A DNA stretch of 63,870 nt, filler included, from Octopus bimaculoides (taxonomy: Eukaryota), in NCBI RefSeq assembly GCF_001194135.2. It is 7 parts of 7 records of this genome, joined end to end, with 100 filler letters (N's around TTAATTAATTAA, not from the genome) between each part and the next. Parts side by side here need not be neighbours in the genome. Positions count along the whole stretch, not along the records: positions 15,950 to 25,786 come from NC_068986.1; positions 25,887 to 46,729 come from NC_068982.1; 5 more parts are not named here. One strand, written 5' to 3'. Within the stretch, counting starts at the first letter, position 1; each line of letters starts with the position of its first letter. Positions 24,260-36,030 of this stretch are shown piece by piece. The notes beneath the pieces are model-generated. The model was not told the origin of the DNA. It did no database searches and saw only the letters and a program-made list of their open reading frames with translations. The position numbers and the translations under genes are program-made.

Positions 24260-24572
24260 GCCATATTGGCGTAGTCGTGTAGGCCTGCACCTCTAGAGCC
24301 GGCGATCCGGGTTCGACCCCGCTGGGACCGTGAGAAAAAAGAACTCTCACACATGGGTCGTCCGACTGCTTGCTCGGTGTGCCCGGCTGGAAACGGGTAC
24401 TTAGCCCTTCTCAGGGCCGCAGCACACGTCACAGCAGTGCTAGAAATCAGAGAAACCAACCCCAACTAAGGCGTACTAAAACGGACAGCAGGTGGACATC
24501 CGGGAGTCATGGCTCGGATGTGGTCCGACCCCACCTAGAGTGTCAGGAGTTAAGGGCTGAAACACTTGCCTA
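24260..24572 (+). mobile_element. GC-rich tRNA-derived SINE-like element (family D), cut by a gap
   Basis: A-box TGGCGTAGTCG 24267-24277; B-box GGTTCGACCCC 24310-24320; hairpin GTGAGA/TCTCAC 24330-24350; the body is unlike the other SINEs here. Confidence 0.6.
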
Positions 24573-25109
24573 NNNNNNNNNNNNNNNNNNNNNNNNNNNN
24601 NNNNNNNNNNNNNNNNNNNNNNNNNNNNNNNNNNNNNNNNNNNNNNNNNNNNNNNNNNNNNNNNNNNNNNNNNNNNNNNNNNNNNNNNNNNNNNNNNNNN
24701 NNNNNNNNNNNNNNNNNNNNNNNNNNNNNNNNNNNNNNNNNNNNNNNNNNNNNNNNNNNNNNNNNNNNNNNNNNNNNNNNNNNNNNNNNNNNNNNNNNNN
24801 NNNNNNNNNNNNNNNNNNNNNNNNNNNNNNNNNNNNNNNNNNNNNNNNNNNNNNNNNNNNNNNNNNNNNNNNNNNNNNNNNNNNNNNNNNNNNNNNNNNN
24901 NNNNNNNNNNNNNNNNNNNNNNNNNNNNNNNNNNNNNNNNNNNNNNNNNNNNNNNNNNNNNNNNNNNNNNNNNNNNNNNNNNNNNNNNNNNNNNNNNNNN
25001 NNNNNNNNNNNNNNNNNNNNNNNNNNNNNNNNNNNNNNNNNNNNNNNNNNNNNNNNNNNNNNNNNNNNNNNNNNNNNNNNNNNNNNNNNNNNNNNNNNNN
25101 NNNNNNNNN

Positions 25110-25189
25110 AGGTGCCACGCAGTGGGACTGAACCCAGAACCATGTGGTTGGTAAGCAAGCTACTTACCACACAGCCACTCCTGCGCCTA
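25110..25189 (-). mobile_element. 5' head of a family-A SINE
   Basis: Reverse complement aggcgcaggagtggctgtgtggtaagtagcttgcttaccaaccacatggttctgggttcagtcccactgcgtggcacct. Confidence 0.85.
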
Positions 25190-25295
25190 TCTGTTATCTA
25201 TTATATCTTATATCTATTTTTACTCTTTATTCTTCTCTTTTATTCCTTATGAACTGTGAATTTCCCAGTCTAGAACTTACATACATGCTCACGTT

Positions 25296-25371
25296 GTCTC
25301 TGATGACGGAATACCCAGCCAACGGACATGCTAGTCTGTCACTTGAGATATACTAGAAACAGCTGTAAGAC
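25296..25371 (+). ncRNA. Type-I hammerhead ribozyme motif
   Basis: GTCT-CTGATGA(25300-06)-C-GGAATA..TATACT-A-GAAA(25356-59); palindromic helix III ACAGCTGT (25359-66); GUA site; AGAC closes stem I. Stem II is imperfect. Confidence 0.65.
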
Positions 25372-25489
25372 TTCAAATTAACCTTACCCAAATTAAATTA
25401 TTGTAAATGACTTGAGATACTTGTTCCACTTTGGTCTTGATGTCCCTTACCTCTAATGTATATATGTGCGTGGATGTGTATGTGTTTCT

Positions 25490-25725
25490 TTGTCTGTATG
25501 TACGTATCTGAGTGTGTCTTTGCGTCCGTGTTTGTACCAACACCATTTGACAACCGGTGCTGGCTTGTTTACGTCTCCGTAATTTAGTAGTTCGGCAAAA
25601 GAGACCGATAGAATAAGTACTAGGCTTTTAAAACATAAGCCATGGGGTGGATTTGTTCGACTACACTCTTCAAGTTGGTGCTCCAGCATGGCCGCAGTCA
25701 AAAATAACTGAAACAAATAAAGAAA
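25490..25725 (+). mobile_element. Family-A SINE 3' half
   Basis: ttgacaaccggtgctggcttgtttacgtctccgtaatttagtagttcggcaaaagagaccgatagaataagtactaggc..ccagcatggccgcagtc. Confidence 0.8.
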
Positions 25726-25886
25726 ATATATATATATATATATGTATATATATTCTTTTTTTCTTTATACATACATACATATATATNNNNNNNNNNNNNN
25801 NNNNNNNNNNNNNNNNNNNNNNNNNNNNNNTTAATTAATTAANNNNNNNNNNNNNNNNNNNNNNNNNNNNNNNNNNNNNNNNNNNN

Positions 25887-25950
<64 letters not shown>

Positions 25951-26042
25951 AGAAGAAGAGTGACAGAGAGAAAGAGAAAGGAAGAATGTGCATGTATATA
26001 TGTATGCGTGGGTGAGTGGGTGTGAGCACGTAATGGAATGAC

Positions 26043-26079
<37 letters not shown>

Positions 26080-27133
26080 CATACATACATACATACATAC
26101 ATATTAACTGTATATTTGACCCAACGATTTCTTTGTCAAACAGAAAAAGCGACAGAGAGCTAGTGAATAATTGAATTACAGGCACAATTATAGACCATTT
26201 AACCTACTTCAAACATGCATGAAAAGCAGTAATTTTGACTGTTAATAAAACAGAAATAAATTATAAGAGTAAGCGAATACAATATGCAACGACAGCGAAG
26301 GTAAAGTGATTGTGTTAGTCTATAAATCAAAGGAAATATCATTTAACACTATATTAATACATGCTGACTGGATTTGTTGTATACATGACTGCGCCTGCGT
26401 CAGAATGTGTGTGCGTGTGCGTATGTGTGTGTGTATGCGTGTGTGTATGTGTGTAAGTATCTGTGTGTGTGTGTGTGTTTACGTACGTATTTTCGCACGC
26501 ATGAATGTATGCGTATGTACGTTTGTGTATGTACACATGCATGTATTTGTGTATGTATGTATGAATGAATGACTGAATGAATGAATGTGTGTATGTATGT
26601 GTGTACCCGTATTTCATTGTTTTACTTGTTTTAGTCGTTGGACTGCGCTCAGGCTGGAGGAGTTTCTGTTTGTTTGTCTGACTTCTGTATCTTTGGGAGG
26701 GGGTGGGAGTGCGCGATCAAATTTACCACAGTTGTTATTCTGTCTGGGAATTGTTCTATCGAACTCTTTTCACCAAACCGCCTATTTAAGGGGACGTAAA
26801 CAAAGCTATACCGGTTACCAATCNNNNNNNNNNNNNNNNNNNNNNNNNNNNNNNNNNNNNNNNNNNNNNNNNNNNNNNNNNNNNNNNNNNNNNNNNNNNN
26901 NNNNNNNNNNNNNNNNNNNNNNNNNNNNNNNNNNNNNNNNNNNNNNNNNNNNNNNNNNNNNNNNNNNNNNNNNNNNNNNNNNNNNNNNNNNNNNNNNNNN
27001 NNNNNNNNNNNNNNNNNNNNNNNNNNNNNNNNNNNNNNNNNNNNNNNNNNNNNNNNNNNNNNNNNNNNNNNNNNNNNNNNNNNNNNNNNNNNNNNNNNNN
27101 NNNNNNNNNNNNNNNNNNNNNNNNNNNNNNNNN

Positions 27134-27167
<34 letters not shown>

Positions 27168-27194
27168 AATATATATTACAGTGAACATGTCATG

Positions 27195-27740
27195 ATGAGT
27201 GGAAAATTCAACGTTTCGAACAAGTGCCCTTTACATTGGAGAAACAGGTCGACCCCTAACTGATCAGTTTCGGGAGCATAACCGAAGCGTACTACTATAT
27301 ATCCCAGGCCAACCTGTTGTCATCCATTTGAACGCTACCACTTACCACGGAGCCACATTCTCAAGGAAAAGGAAGGAATTACATTTCTTATTCGAACTTC
27401 ACACCATATTTTCGTCAAGCTTAAATGAACGTTTTCATTCTCCGCCTACGCTTCATTTTAACGCATTAAATCCTTTCTTATCCTTCAACTCTCTTCTCTC
27501 CTCATCTTTTCCCTTCACCTCACTTTCGACTTTGCCTGTTTCCATTACACTTTCCTTCACTCTTCTCACACTGTTTCTCCTACCCAGTTCTTATTCACGT
27601 ATGAAACTCACGTGGTTCTGCGTTCCTTATTAGTAGCCACCATTTTTTTTAACTTAGAGGATGTAAAACTCTGCTGTTTTTCATTAATTTCTTTACTTTC
27701 ATCTTTCCCTTGAAGGGAACGTTCGATTTTCCACTCCTGG
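27195..27740 (+). mobile_element. Penelope-like element 3' fragment: GIY-YIG endonuclease C-half with an inverted pLTR piece at its 5' junction
   Basis: LYIGETGRPLTDQFREH..PVVIHLN..RKELHFLFELHT..SLNERF. 27195-27229 is an inverted copy of a motif (gaaggg..aacgtt..attttccactc) that recurs, degraded, at ~27710-27735. Confidence 0.7.
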
Positions 27741-28039
27741 TGACAAGTTCACTGTACTTTATTTTACTGATTTTACAATATAACTTTGATACGAGGCACA
27801 ATTTCAAGAATATTATCAGTTTCCGGAGATGGTTAAATGAATATTTTTGATAAGATGAAAATTCTTTAACATACCGGTATATATATATTTTTTTTTAATG
27901 AAGAAGTAATTTTGTTGGAATGGCTACTTGGAACACTATAAGCTTTACAATAATAACTACGTAATCGCTGCTGTTTCTAGCACACTAAACCAGATAGTTC
28001 TTAACGAGCTTTCATTTATATATAATATGTGGTTGAAAA

Positions 28040-28791
28040 AGAAAATTTAGCAGAGAGAAAGACGGGCAACTGAATCAGATGAAACCAAGGCAAAGCGACT
28101 GAAATAGATGCCTGAATATGCACGGAGACGTAGACATGATTGTTTCCGCTACACATGACCGACTGGTTAGAGTATCTCGAGAGGAGAATATTCTACTTCA
28201 AAATAATGGTGTCAGATCACAAATTGTTGATGCAACACCAAAGAGATCTTTTCTTTGGAAGTAGTGGAGTTGACAACCAATCTTAGACTTCTTACAGAAG
28301 GTCATTCTGATGAAAGAGGGTTTGCTAATTATCTTCTTGACGTAAGAAATGGTGACATTTCTGTTGAACAGAGCCTAGGTGAATTAAAAATCAAACTACC
28401 CAATGACCCTTGCCTTGAAATTGGTACTCTTTCAGATCTATGTGATTTTGTATATGCTGACCTCAATAATAACTTCACAAACCCTGTGTGGCTTGCAAAT
28501 AGAACCATTGTTACTCTAACAAATGAAGCAGCACAATTTGTGAATGATTTTCTGTTGACCAAGATCCCAGGTGAGCTAAAAATATACAGAAGCTCAGATA
28601 CAGTTGATAATGAAACTCTGTACCCAATCGAATTCATCAACAAACATACAACATCAGGGTTTCTCCCACATATTCTCAAACTGAAGAAAAAACTATGCAT
28701 AATGCTTCTGAGAAATTTAGATGCTACTAATGGACATTGCAATGACACAAGTTACATCATTGTCAGTTTACATGATCATGTTATTGAGGCT
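28040..28791 (+). mobile_element. Internally deleted Helitron: N-terminal basic coiled segment joined to a PIF1-type helicase fragment
   Basis: IVDATPKRSFLW..LTTNLRL..FANYLLDV.NG..RTIVTLTN..YPIEFIN..GFLPHILKLK..IMLLRNLDATNGHCN..VIEA. The homology ends exactly where the inverted repeat at 28792 starts. Confidence 0.85.
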
Positions 28792-28820
28792 GACGACCAA
28801 CTTTCTTTTAAATAAACTTA

Positions 28821-28882
28821 ACTGTGTATCGACCGATTTCGCGATTACTAGAATGAATCTAGATTTCGTTCATCAGCACAGT
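28821..28882 (-). ncRNA. Type-I hammerhead ribozyme (inverted copy)
   Basis: Reverse complement of 29145-29206, differing at one position in the stem II loop. Confidence 0.7.
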
Positions 28883-29144
28883 ATTGTCCCAAAAATATAT
28901 ATAAATAAACAGAATTCTCACCTCGGTCGATACACAGTTAAGTTTATTTACACGGAATATATTCAATGTTGAATTTTTATTCCTGTCTCCACACGTGTAC
29001 CTAAAAGCAACCCGGAAGTATTCCCGCTTCTCTGATGAAGATATATACAGATAAAATTCATTCCCTTTACTCTGTCGGATACGTAGTGTGTTCGTTTTTG
29101 GTGAGGTGAGAATTCTATTTATTTACATATATTTTGGGGACAAT

Positions 29145-29206
29145 ACTGTGCTGATGAACGAAATCTAGATTCGTTCTAGTAATCGCGAAATCGGTCGATA
29201 CACAGT
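29145..29206 (+). ncRNA. Type-I hammerhead ribozyme
   Basis: ACTGTG-CTGATGA(29151-57)-A-CGA..CTAGA(ttcgt)TCTAG..TCG-C-GAAA(29187-90); helix III ATCG-GT-CGAT; AUA site (cleavage after 29200); CACAGT closes a 6-bp stem I. Confidence 0.75.
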
Positions 29207-29595
29207 TAAGTTTATTTAAAAGAAAGTTGGTCGTCTTCTGTTGGTTGTTTTTCCTCGCATTAGGTACTAAATGTGGTTATTTTGAGAAGTCCACTGTGTG
29301 GCGTTATTATTTTTCTGTAATAATGCCCGTTNNNNNNNNNNNNNNNNNNNNNNNNNNNNNNNNNNNNNNNNNNNNNNNNNNNNNNNNNNNNNNNNNNNNN
29401 NNNNNNNNNNNNNNNNNNNNNNNNNNNNNNNNNNNNNNNNNNNNNNNNNNNNNNNNNNNNNNNNNNNNNNNNNNNNNNNNNNNNNNNNNNNNNNNNNNNN
29501 NNNNNNNNNNNNNNNNNNNNNNNNNNNNNNNNNNNNNNNNNNNNNNNNNNNNNNNNNNNNNNNNNNNNNNNNNNNNNNNNNNNNNNNNNNNNNNN

Positions 29596-29964
29596 CAATG
29601 GCCCAGTGGTTAGGGCAGCGGATTCGCGGTCATAGGATCGCGGTTTCAATTCCCAGACCGGGCGTTGTGAGTGTTTATTGAGCGAAAACACCTAAAGCTC
29701 CACGAAGCTACGGTAGGGGATGGTGGCGAACCCTGCTGTACTCTTCCACCACAACTTTCTCTCACTCTTACTTCCTGTTTCTGTTGTACCTGTAATTCAA
29801 AGGGTCAGCCTTGTCACACTGTGTCACGCTGAATATCCCCGAGAACTACGTTAAGGGTACACGTGTCTGTGGAGTGCTCAGCCACTTGCACGTTAATTTC
29901 ACGAGCAGGCTGTTCCGTTGATCGGATCAACTGGAACCCTTGACGTCGTAAGCGACGGAGTGCC
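29596..29964 (+). mobile_element. Family-C SINE (tRNA-Arg-like head)
   Basis: caatggcccagtggttagggcagcggattcgcggtc..gcggtttcaattccc; highly similar copy at 42980-43293. Confidence 0.85.
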
Positions 29965-30672
29965 AATGCTTGCGTGTGTGAGTGTGTGTGGTGGGTGTGT
30001 GTATGTGTATGCCTATGGACTCGTTTTAATGTACATGCGTGTTTGCATAAGTGTTAGATTTTATGAATGAGTAAATGTTAGAAGAGACTGTGAAGAGTGG
30101 GTTATAGACAACATAATAACCTGACAACCAGTCCTGCAGATAGTATCTGGTTAACAAAATTTCAGTTAACAAAATTTTGGAAACGTATTTGTACTATACA
30201 GCACCTTTCTCCTCATTTCATGTACACCAACGATTTTCTGTCTGAAACGTTGTTTCCTATCTTAGCACTTAGGCAGACTAATTCCATTTTGTATACCTTT
30301 TTAACTGATTCTTACTAACGAAAACTCCTAGTGGTTTCCATTGACTTAGTTATCCTTTTCCTTTCTTTGATTAATACTTCTTTTGCTATCCACAGACAAT
30401 ATCGGCTGACGAAATTTTTGTCAGCACCGGCAGACGACACTATTGCATCGCCTGATTTCATCGCAAATTGTAGATCATAAGCAGTAGCTAAGCACTGAAT
30501 GTTAGATAGAAAAATCAGTCAAACAGATATAGTATAACACTAGCCAAACAGCCAGTGATATCACGAAAAGTGAGCAGGTTGTGAATTATTTATCTACTAA
30601 CGATAGAAGTAACCTCTGTATCGAATATTAATTAGCACATACAACCTAAATTGAAAGTTTTGTTTAGAACGT

Positions 30673-31139
<467 letters not shown>

Positions 31140-31607
31140 ATAACAGTCTAAGGCGTTCCAAAGAAATCATCCAATTTAGGTTAGATGTGCTAATTAATAT
31201 TCGATACAGAGACTGCTTCTGTCACTAATAACTAATATATGTATATATTTATGTATGTATATGTGTGTGTGTGTGTGCGTGTGCGCAAGCGCATGTATAT
31301 ACATATATGTACTTATATACATATGTGTGTGTGTGCTAGAGTGTTACTCGTCATATGACGAGTAACTTTGGAAGCACAGTTTTAACATCATAGGCAATAT
31401 CAGAAAGTATGGCGCACATACAATAATTATTTTAAAAAGCTGTATCAAATTAAACGATTCTGATACAAAATGATAAAATGAATACTAATTTTCAAAAAAA
31501 AAAATACTTATTACCTTAAAATAGAATTAAAAACACATATTTCTCCTATATACAGCTCCTGTCATAACTTCTGTAATTTACTCTCACTTACTCACTCGCT
31601 CACTCGC

Positions 31608-31682
<75 letters not shown>

Positions 31683-31833
31683 CTCTTGCCATCAAGCCTA
31701 GTATGTGCAGTCATTCTGTACATCTTTAACTCTCTTTCTATTTCTCTTTTATTTTCATGCCCCCTCTCTCTCTATACGATGTAAATTTTCACTGGAAATA
31801 TCCACCAGACAGCCAGCCAGCCAGCCAACCAAC

Positions 31834-31872
31834 CAGACTAAGGCGAGTAAGCCGAAACTTCGAAGTCAACGT
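31834..31872 (+). ncRNA. Hammerhead relic (5' core eroded by an adjacent tetranucleotide repeat)
   Basis: CAGACTA-A-GGC(gagtaa)GCC-GAAA; palindromic helix III ACTTCGAAGT (31857-66); GUC site; AATAAA follows downstream. Confidence 0.5.
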
Positions 31873-31953
31873 CAATCTTTTCCTTGTAAAAATTTAATAA
31901 ACACACACATAAACACATACAACACACTTAGACAGACAGACAGACAAGTAGAT

Positions 31954-32014
<61 letters not shown>

Positions 32015-32477
32015 TCCGAGATCTTGTGAGCGCTATAAACACTATAAATATTTAGCTGGTCTTTGACACAAGCACTTTGCGATCCACTTGATATAGATTG
32101 CAGAAGAAACACTATCGGTTATAATATACGTAATATGCTACAGTCATTTGATTTTATAAGTTCGCACACGCTCATAGAAGCAGAACGAACGGATGAGGGA
32201 CTCACATTTCGCAAACCCAACACCGCCAACAGTGAATATAAATCATTGGCTTTTAAACTTATCTAAAGAAGGCCCAATAATCACTTCAGTTCGTTCTTCG
32301 CTCTCCCTTGTACATTATGCCTGTACATAACATGTCCGGTATCTGACATGACGTGCTTGGAGATCAGGTTTTAGATTTGAAATGGGCTTTACATTAAAAC
32401 TTCCCTTTATTTCAGAATACTAGAATGCTATACATGGATGTAAGAATGTATATTTACACACACACACACACACTCTT

Positions 32478-32559
<82 letters not shown>

Positions 32560-32856
32560 TCTCTTCCCATGTTTTGAAATACAGGTAGATTTCTAATGTA
32601 AGCTTCATTTCAAATATACATTCTTATATCTATGTATAACATGTATAGCACATACTCTCTCTCTCTCTCTTCCTCTCTCTCACTCACTCTCTCTCTCTCT
32701 CGTACACACACACACACACACACAGAAATAAGTGCCCACGCCCGCCCGTACACACACATAGACGTGTGCATTCACTTCACCAGTAAGTTACCAAAGATAT
32801 CTTTATATAAGTATTGGATTTGGTTATACTTCTAAAAATAAAACAAAATGTTTGTG

Positions 32857-33061
32857 TCAAATTTTGGCACAAGGCTAGCAAGTTCAGGGAGTAAGGTAAG
32901 TTGGTTACACCGACCCTACTGTTCAAGTGGTACTCATTTTATGGATCCCGAATGGATAAAAGGTGAAGTTGACATCGGCGGAAATTGAACTTAAAAACAG
33001 AAGGCATCCCGCCAAGCATTGTCCAGCCGGGCGTTGTGCAAGCGATTCTGCCAGCTCGCCC
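32857..33061 (-). mobile_element. Diverged family-B SINE
   Basis: Reverse complement has ggcgagctggcagaatcg..gttcaatttccgccgatgtcaacttcacctttta..ataaaatgagtaccac..gccttgtgccaaaattt. Confidence 0.75.
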
Positions 33062-33192
33062 CCTTAATGAAAAAATGAAAATAAAAACAGTGACACAAAA
33101 TATTAGAAACTAATTTGCAATTTATTAAATTTCAAGCAAAAACACTTCACGGGTAGAATTCGCTCACGTAAAGTACCCGCAAATTTTGTATA

Positions 33193-33953
33193 CCGTATAT
33201 ACTCGTGTAAAAGTCGAATTTTTTAGACCATTTTTTAAGGTCAAATTTATGGGGTCGACTATTACAAGGATACTACTTTTCAGGGGTTGAAATTCAAGTT
33301 AGAATCCGAAGTACCGTATCAGCGGCAGAAATCAAACTGATCTCTAAGCGAAAAAATCAAAAACACAATGGATTACAGCAATATTACCAATTCTATACAT
33401 CAAAACACACGTCATAGTAAAATATAAAGATTTAGTGATTAATTGAATGTGTTTAGGCTTACCAAAGCCATGCCTTTGAGACAGTGCCTTTGAGACAGAT
33501 GTTTGCCAGTGTTCGCCAATAGTGCTGTCTGTGAAAGACGTTTCTCACCGTGTAAACAACGAGTGTATGATGCATGTGTGTATTGTGCTTGGAGATGTAT
33601 GCAGGCTTGCAGCATATCCTGTGCATACATTTTAGTAATGGTGATGTAGCACCCATTAACAGATGTGTAGTGCTTGCTATTAAATGGTGTTTTAATATAA
33701 GCACCGAGCATTCCATTATAATCACCAAGCATTTAACCTATAGTGCAGGCTACACTAAGGTAGACACAACTTTTGTAAGTGTTATTTCTACGTACAGGAT
33801 AATACGGTACCTTGACCCACAATTGTCGTCCTGTTGTTCGTAAAATACTAGGGTCGACTTTTATACGGGGTCTATGGAAAATTCCCAATGTTTTAGCCAA
33901 AAATAGGAGGTCGACTTTTACACGAGATTGACTGTTACTCGAGTAACTTTCGG
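33193..33953. mobile_element. Non-autonomous pogo/Tigger-like (Tc1/mariner) MITE
   Basis: TA then CCGTATATACTCGTGTAAAAGTCGA at the left; degenerate inverse GTCGACTTTTACACGAG..TACTCGAGTAACTTTCGG at the right; repeated internal GGTCGACT motifs. Confidence 0.65.
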
Positions 33954-35617
33954 AATTGGAACAATATAGAAAAATACTCGTCAAACACATTTAAAATTTG
34001 TTTTCTTACTCTCAACAGCTAGGCCTCAAAAAACTTCATAAAGGACAAGTGCGGTAATATATAGATATATTATATATTCTATACATCACACACACACACA
34101 CACTTGGTTGTCTTCAGAGGTTATCATACCTTGTGCGTTTTTTACAGCCCCCCCNNNNNNNNNNNNNNNNNNNNNNNNNNNNNNNNNNNNNNNNNNNNNN
34201 NNNNNNNNNNNNNNNNNNNNNNNNNNNNNNNNNNNNNNNNNNNNNNNNNNNNNNNNNNNNNNNNNNNNNNNNNNNNNNNNNNNACATATCATTAAAAGTT
34301 AAGCTCTGCACTCACTCCCAGCTTAAATCAGGCTAGACGCTGAGCCTTAAGGTCAATGTCTTCTCTGATGTCTTTCATGGTGACCCTCGTATTTCTTCTC
34401 CCTTTATATTTCCGCTTTGTAGCTCCCTTTATATTGCAGAGATAGGTTATAGGTAAACCTGTGACGCACAAACTCAGTTTGCTTCCCCGTCATGACATCA
34501 ATTTTAAGTACTAAGCATAAGACATAGTTCCATAGTTCTTCGAAGTTCTATAGAAGAAATACTCTGTCACGTATTTGTTAGATGTATCTCCCACTATTCA
34601 TTTGAGTGCACAAGAAGAACCACTGTGACTTTGAAAATTTATACATCATTTCACTCTTCTTTTGTATTTGTATGATGCCTTCTGACAAAAACGTTAGGCT
34701 TATATTATACTGCTAGATAGTTGTTCTTTCAGCAAGATGGCCCATATCTGGTGCTCATTCCTTGTAGGTATCATCAGCAAGAGAGGTTAGATTTCCGCTT
34801 TGTAGCTGACGTCAAAAATTCCAAAATTACTTTCGTTGGGTAAAATGCGCCTGTTGTTGCTGATAAACGTGTCGTTCTAATCACGTTAGTGTTGTTGATT
34901 ATAGAAATGTCATATTTTTCGCGTGTAATTTACAGCAATTGTATGCCTACATACCTACACACACACACACACACACACACCTATATATATATATATATAT
35001 ANNNNNNNNNNNNNNNNNNNNNNNNNNNNNNNNNNNNNNNNNNNNNNNNNNNNNNNNNNNNNNNNNNNNNNNNNNNNNNNNNNNNNNNNNNNNNNNNNNN
35101 NNNNNNNNNNNNNNNNNNNNNNNNNNNNNNNNNNNNNNNNNNNTATATATATGGATATTTTCTGTTTGGCTACGAGCATTTCAAAAATTAAAGTTTATTG
35201 AAAATTTTAAAATTTGGCACATTAATGTAGTTTTCCAAACTGAATTGCTGGAGTTATTTCACTCTTTCCAGAAAAATGTCTTTGAAGTTTGATCAATTTC
35301 ACCTAGTCAGGAAACAAGATTTGGAAGCTGTCAGTTTGTGCGTGACTGCACATTTTGTCGTCAACATCTTGAAAATAGCACGTGTTGTCAATATTTGTAT
35401 TCTACACGCATAAAATGAGTAAACAACACGTCTTTTGTAGTTCGAGGCATTCAGTATGCATTTAATGCGATAGCACGAACTTGAAATGTTTATCCTAAAG
35501 CGTTATTTAGCTGTTATTTTATCACCCCTCACAACCACCTCAATGACAACAACAAAAAAATGAAAGAGAAAACAACACGTCCTTTGTAGTTTTAAGCATT
35601 CAATATGCATATAGAGG

Positions 35618-36030
35618 CCTATGTACTCTCCACTTGTTGAGTGTGGTTACCATCTTTCGAGTTAACAAACCCAACGCTGTGTGGTTCACAGTTCTATGCT
35701 CAAAATTGTAACCATCAATTTATAATCAACAGCTGTGCAATGGTTCATCCCAGTTCATCAACACAAAACCGGACTGAAGTCAATTCCTTAACCCATGAGT
35801 AAAGGAAAAGCACTACAGCCCCAAGAGGAAGGGTGCCACCTTCAAACCATGTGTCTTTCCTCACTGACAGACTCCATGCATTCTCAGCGCGAGTATCGCC
35901 AGTACACATTTCCACCACGTCCTTTTGTACTCATAACATGCTTCTTTTTACATAATTTTCTTTTGGGTAGAAGACCCTTTTCTTGTAGGTACGACACAGC
36001 ATCCTCCTCTGTTTTCAGTGTCTCCATCAG
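35618..36030 (-). mobile_element. Merlin (IS1595/ISXO2-like DDE) transposase remnant, internally deleted
   Basis: TEEDAVSYLQEKGLL..C..YWR, SVRKDTWFEG..LYSW..ELG, then GYNFEHRTVNH and FVNSKDGNHTQQVEST, with frameshifts. Inverted motif agcacgtgttg.caa.tat at 35377 and 36091-36109. Confidence 0.75.

Larger units (their letters stand above)
28792..29235. mobile_element. HHR-bearing non-autonomous element (retrozyme or PLE pLTR type): ~133-bp inverted arms and a 268-bp direct-repeat period
   Basis: Arms 28792-28924 and 29103-29235 are near-identical reverse complements; 28924-28950 directly repeats 29192-29218. Confidence 0.75.

Noticed and set aside
30400-30470. CTGACGA hairpin as a hammerhead (likewise 7551, 34773, 46037, 50289)
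   Set aside because: GAAA and/or stems I and III cannot be formed without several assumed mutations.
34290-34770. LFFQQDG (+) and RRNTRVTMKDIRED (-) as Tc1/mariner pieces
   Set aside because: Short motifs on opposite strands; no coherent element.
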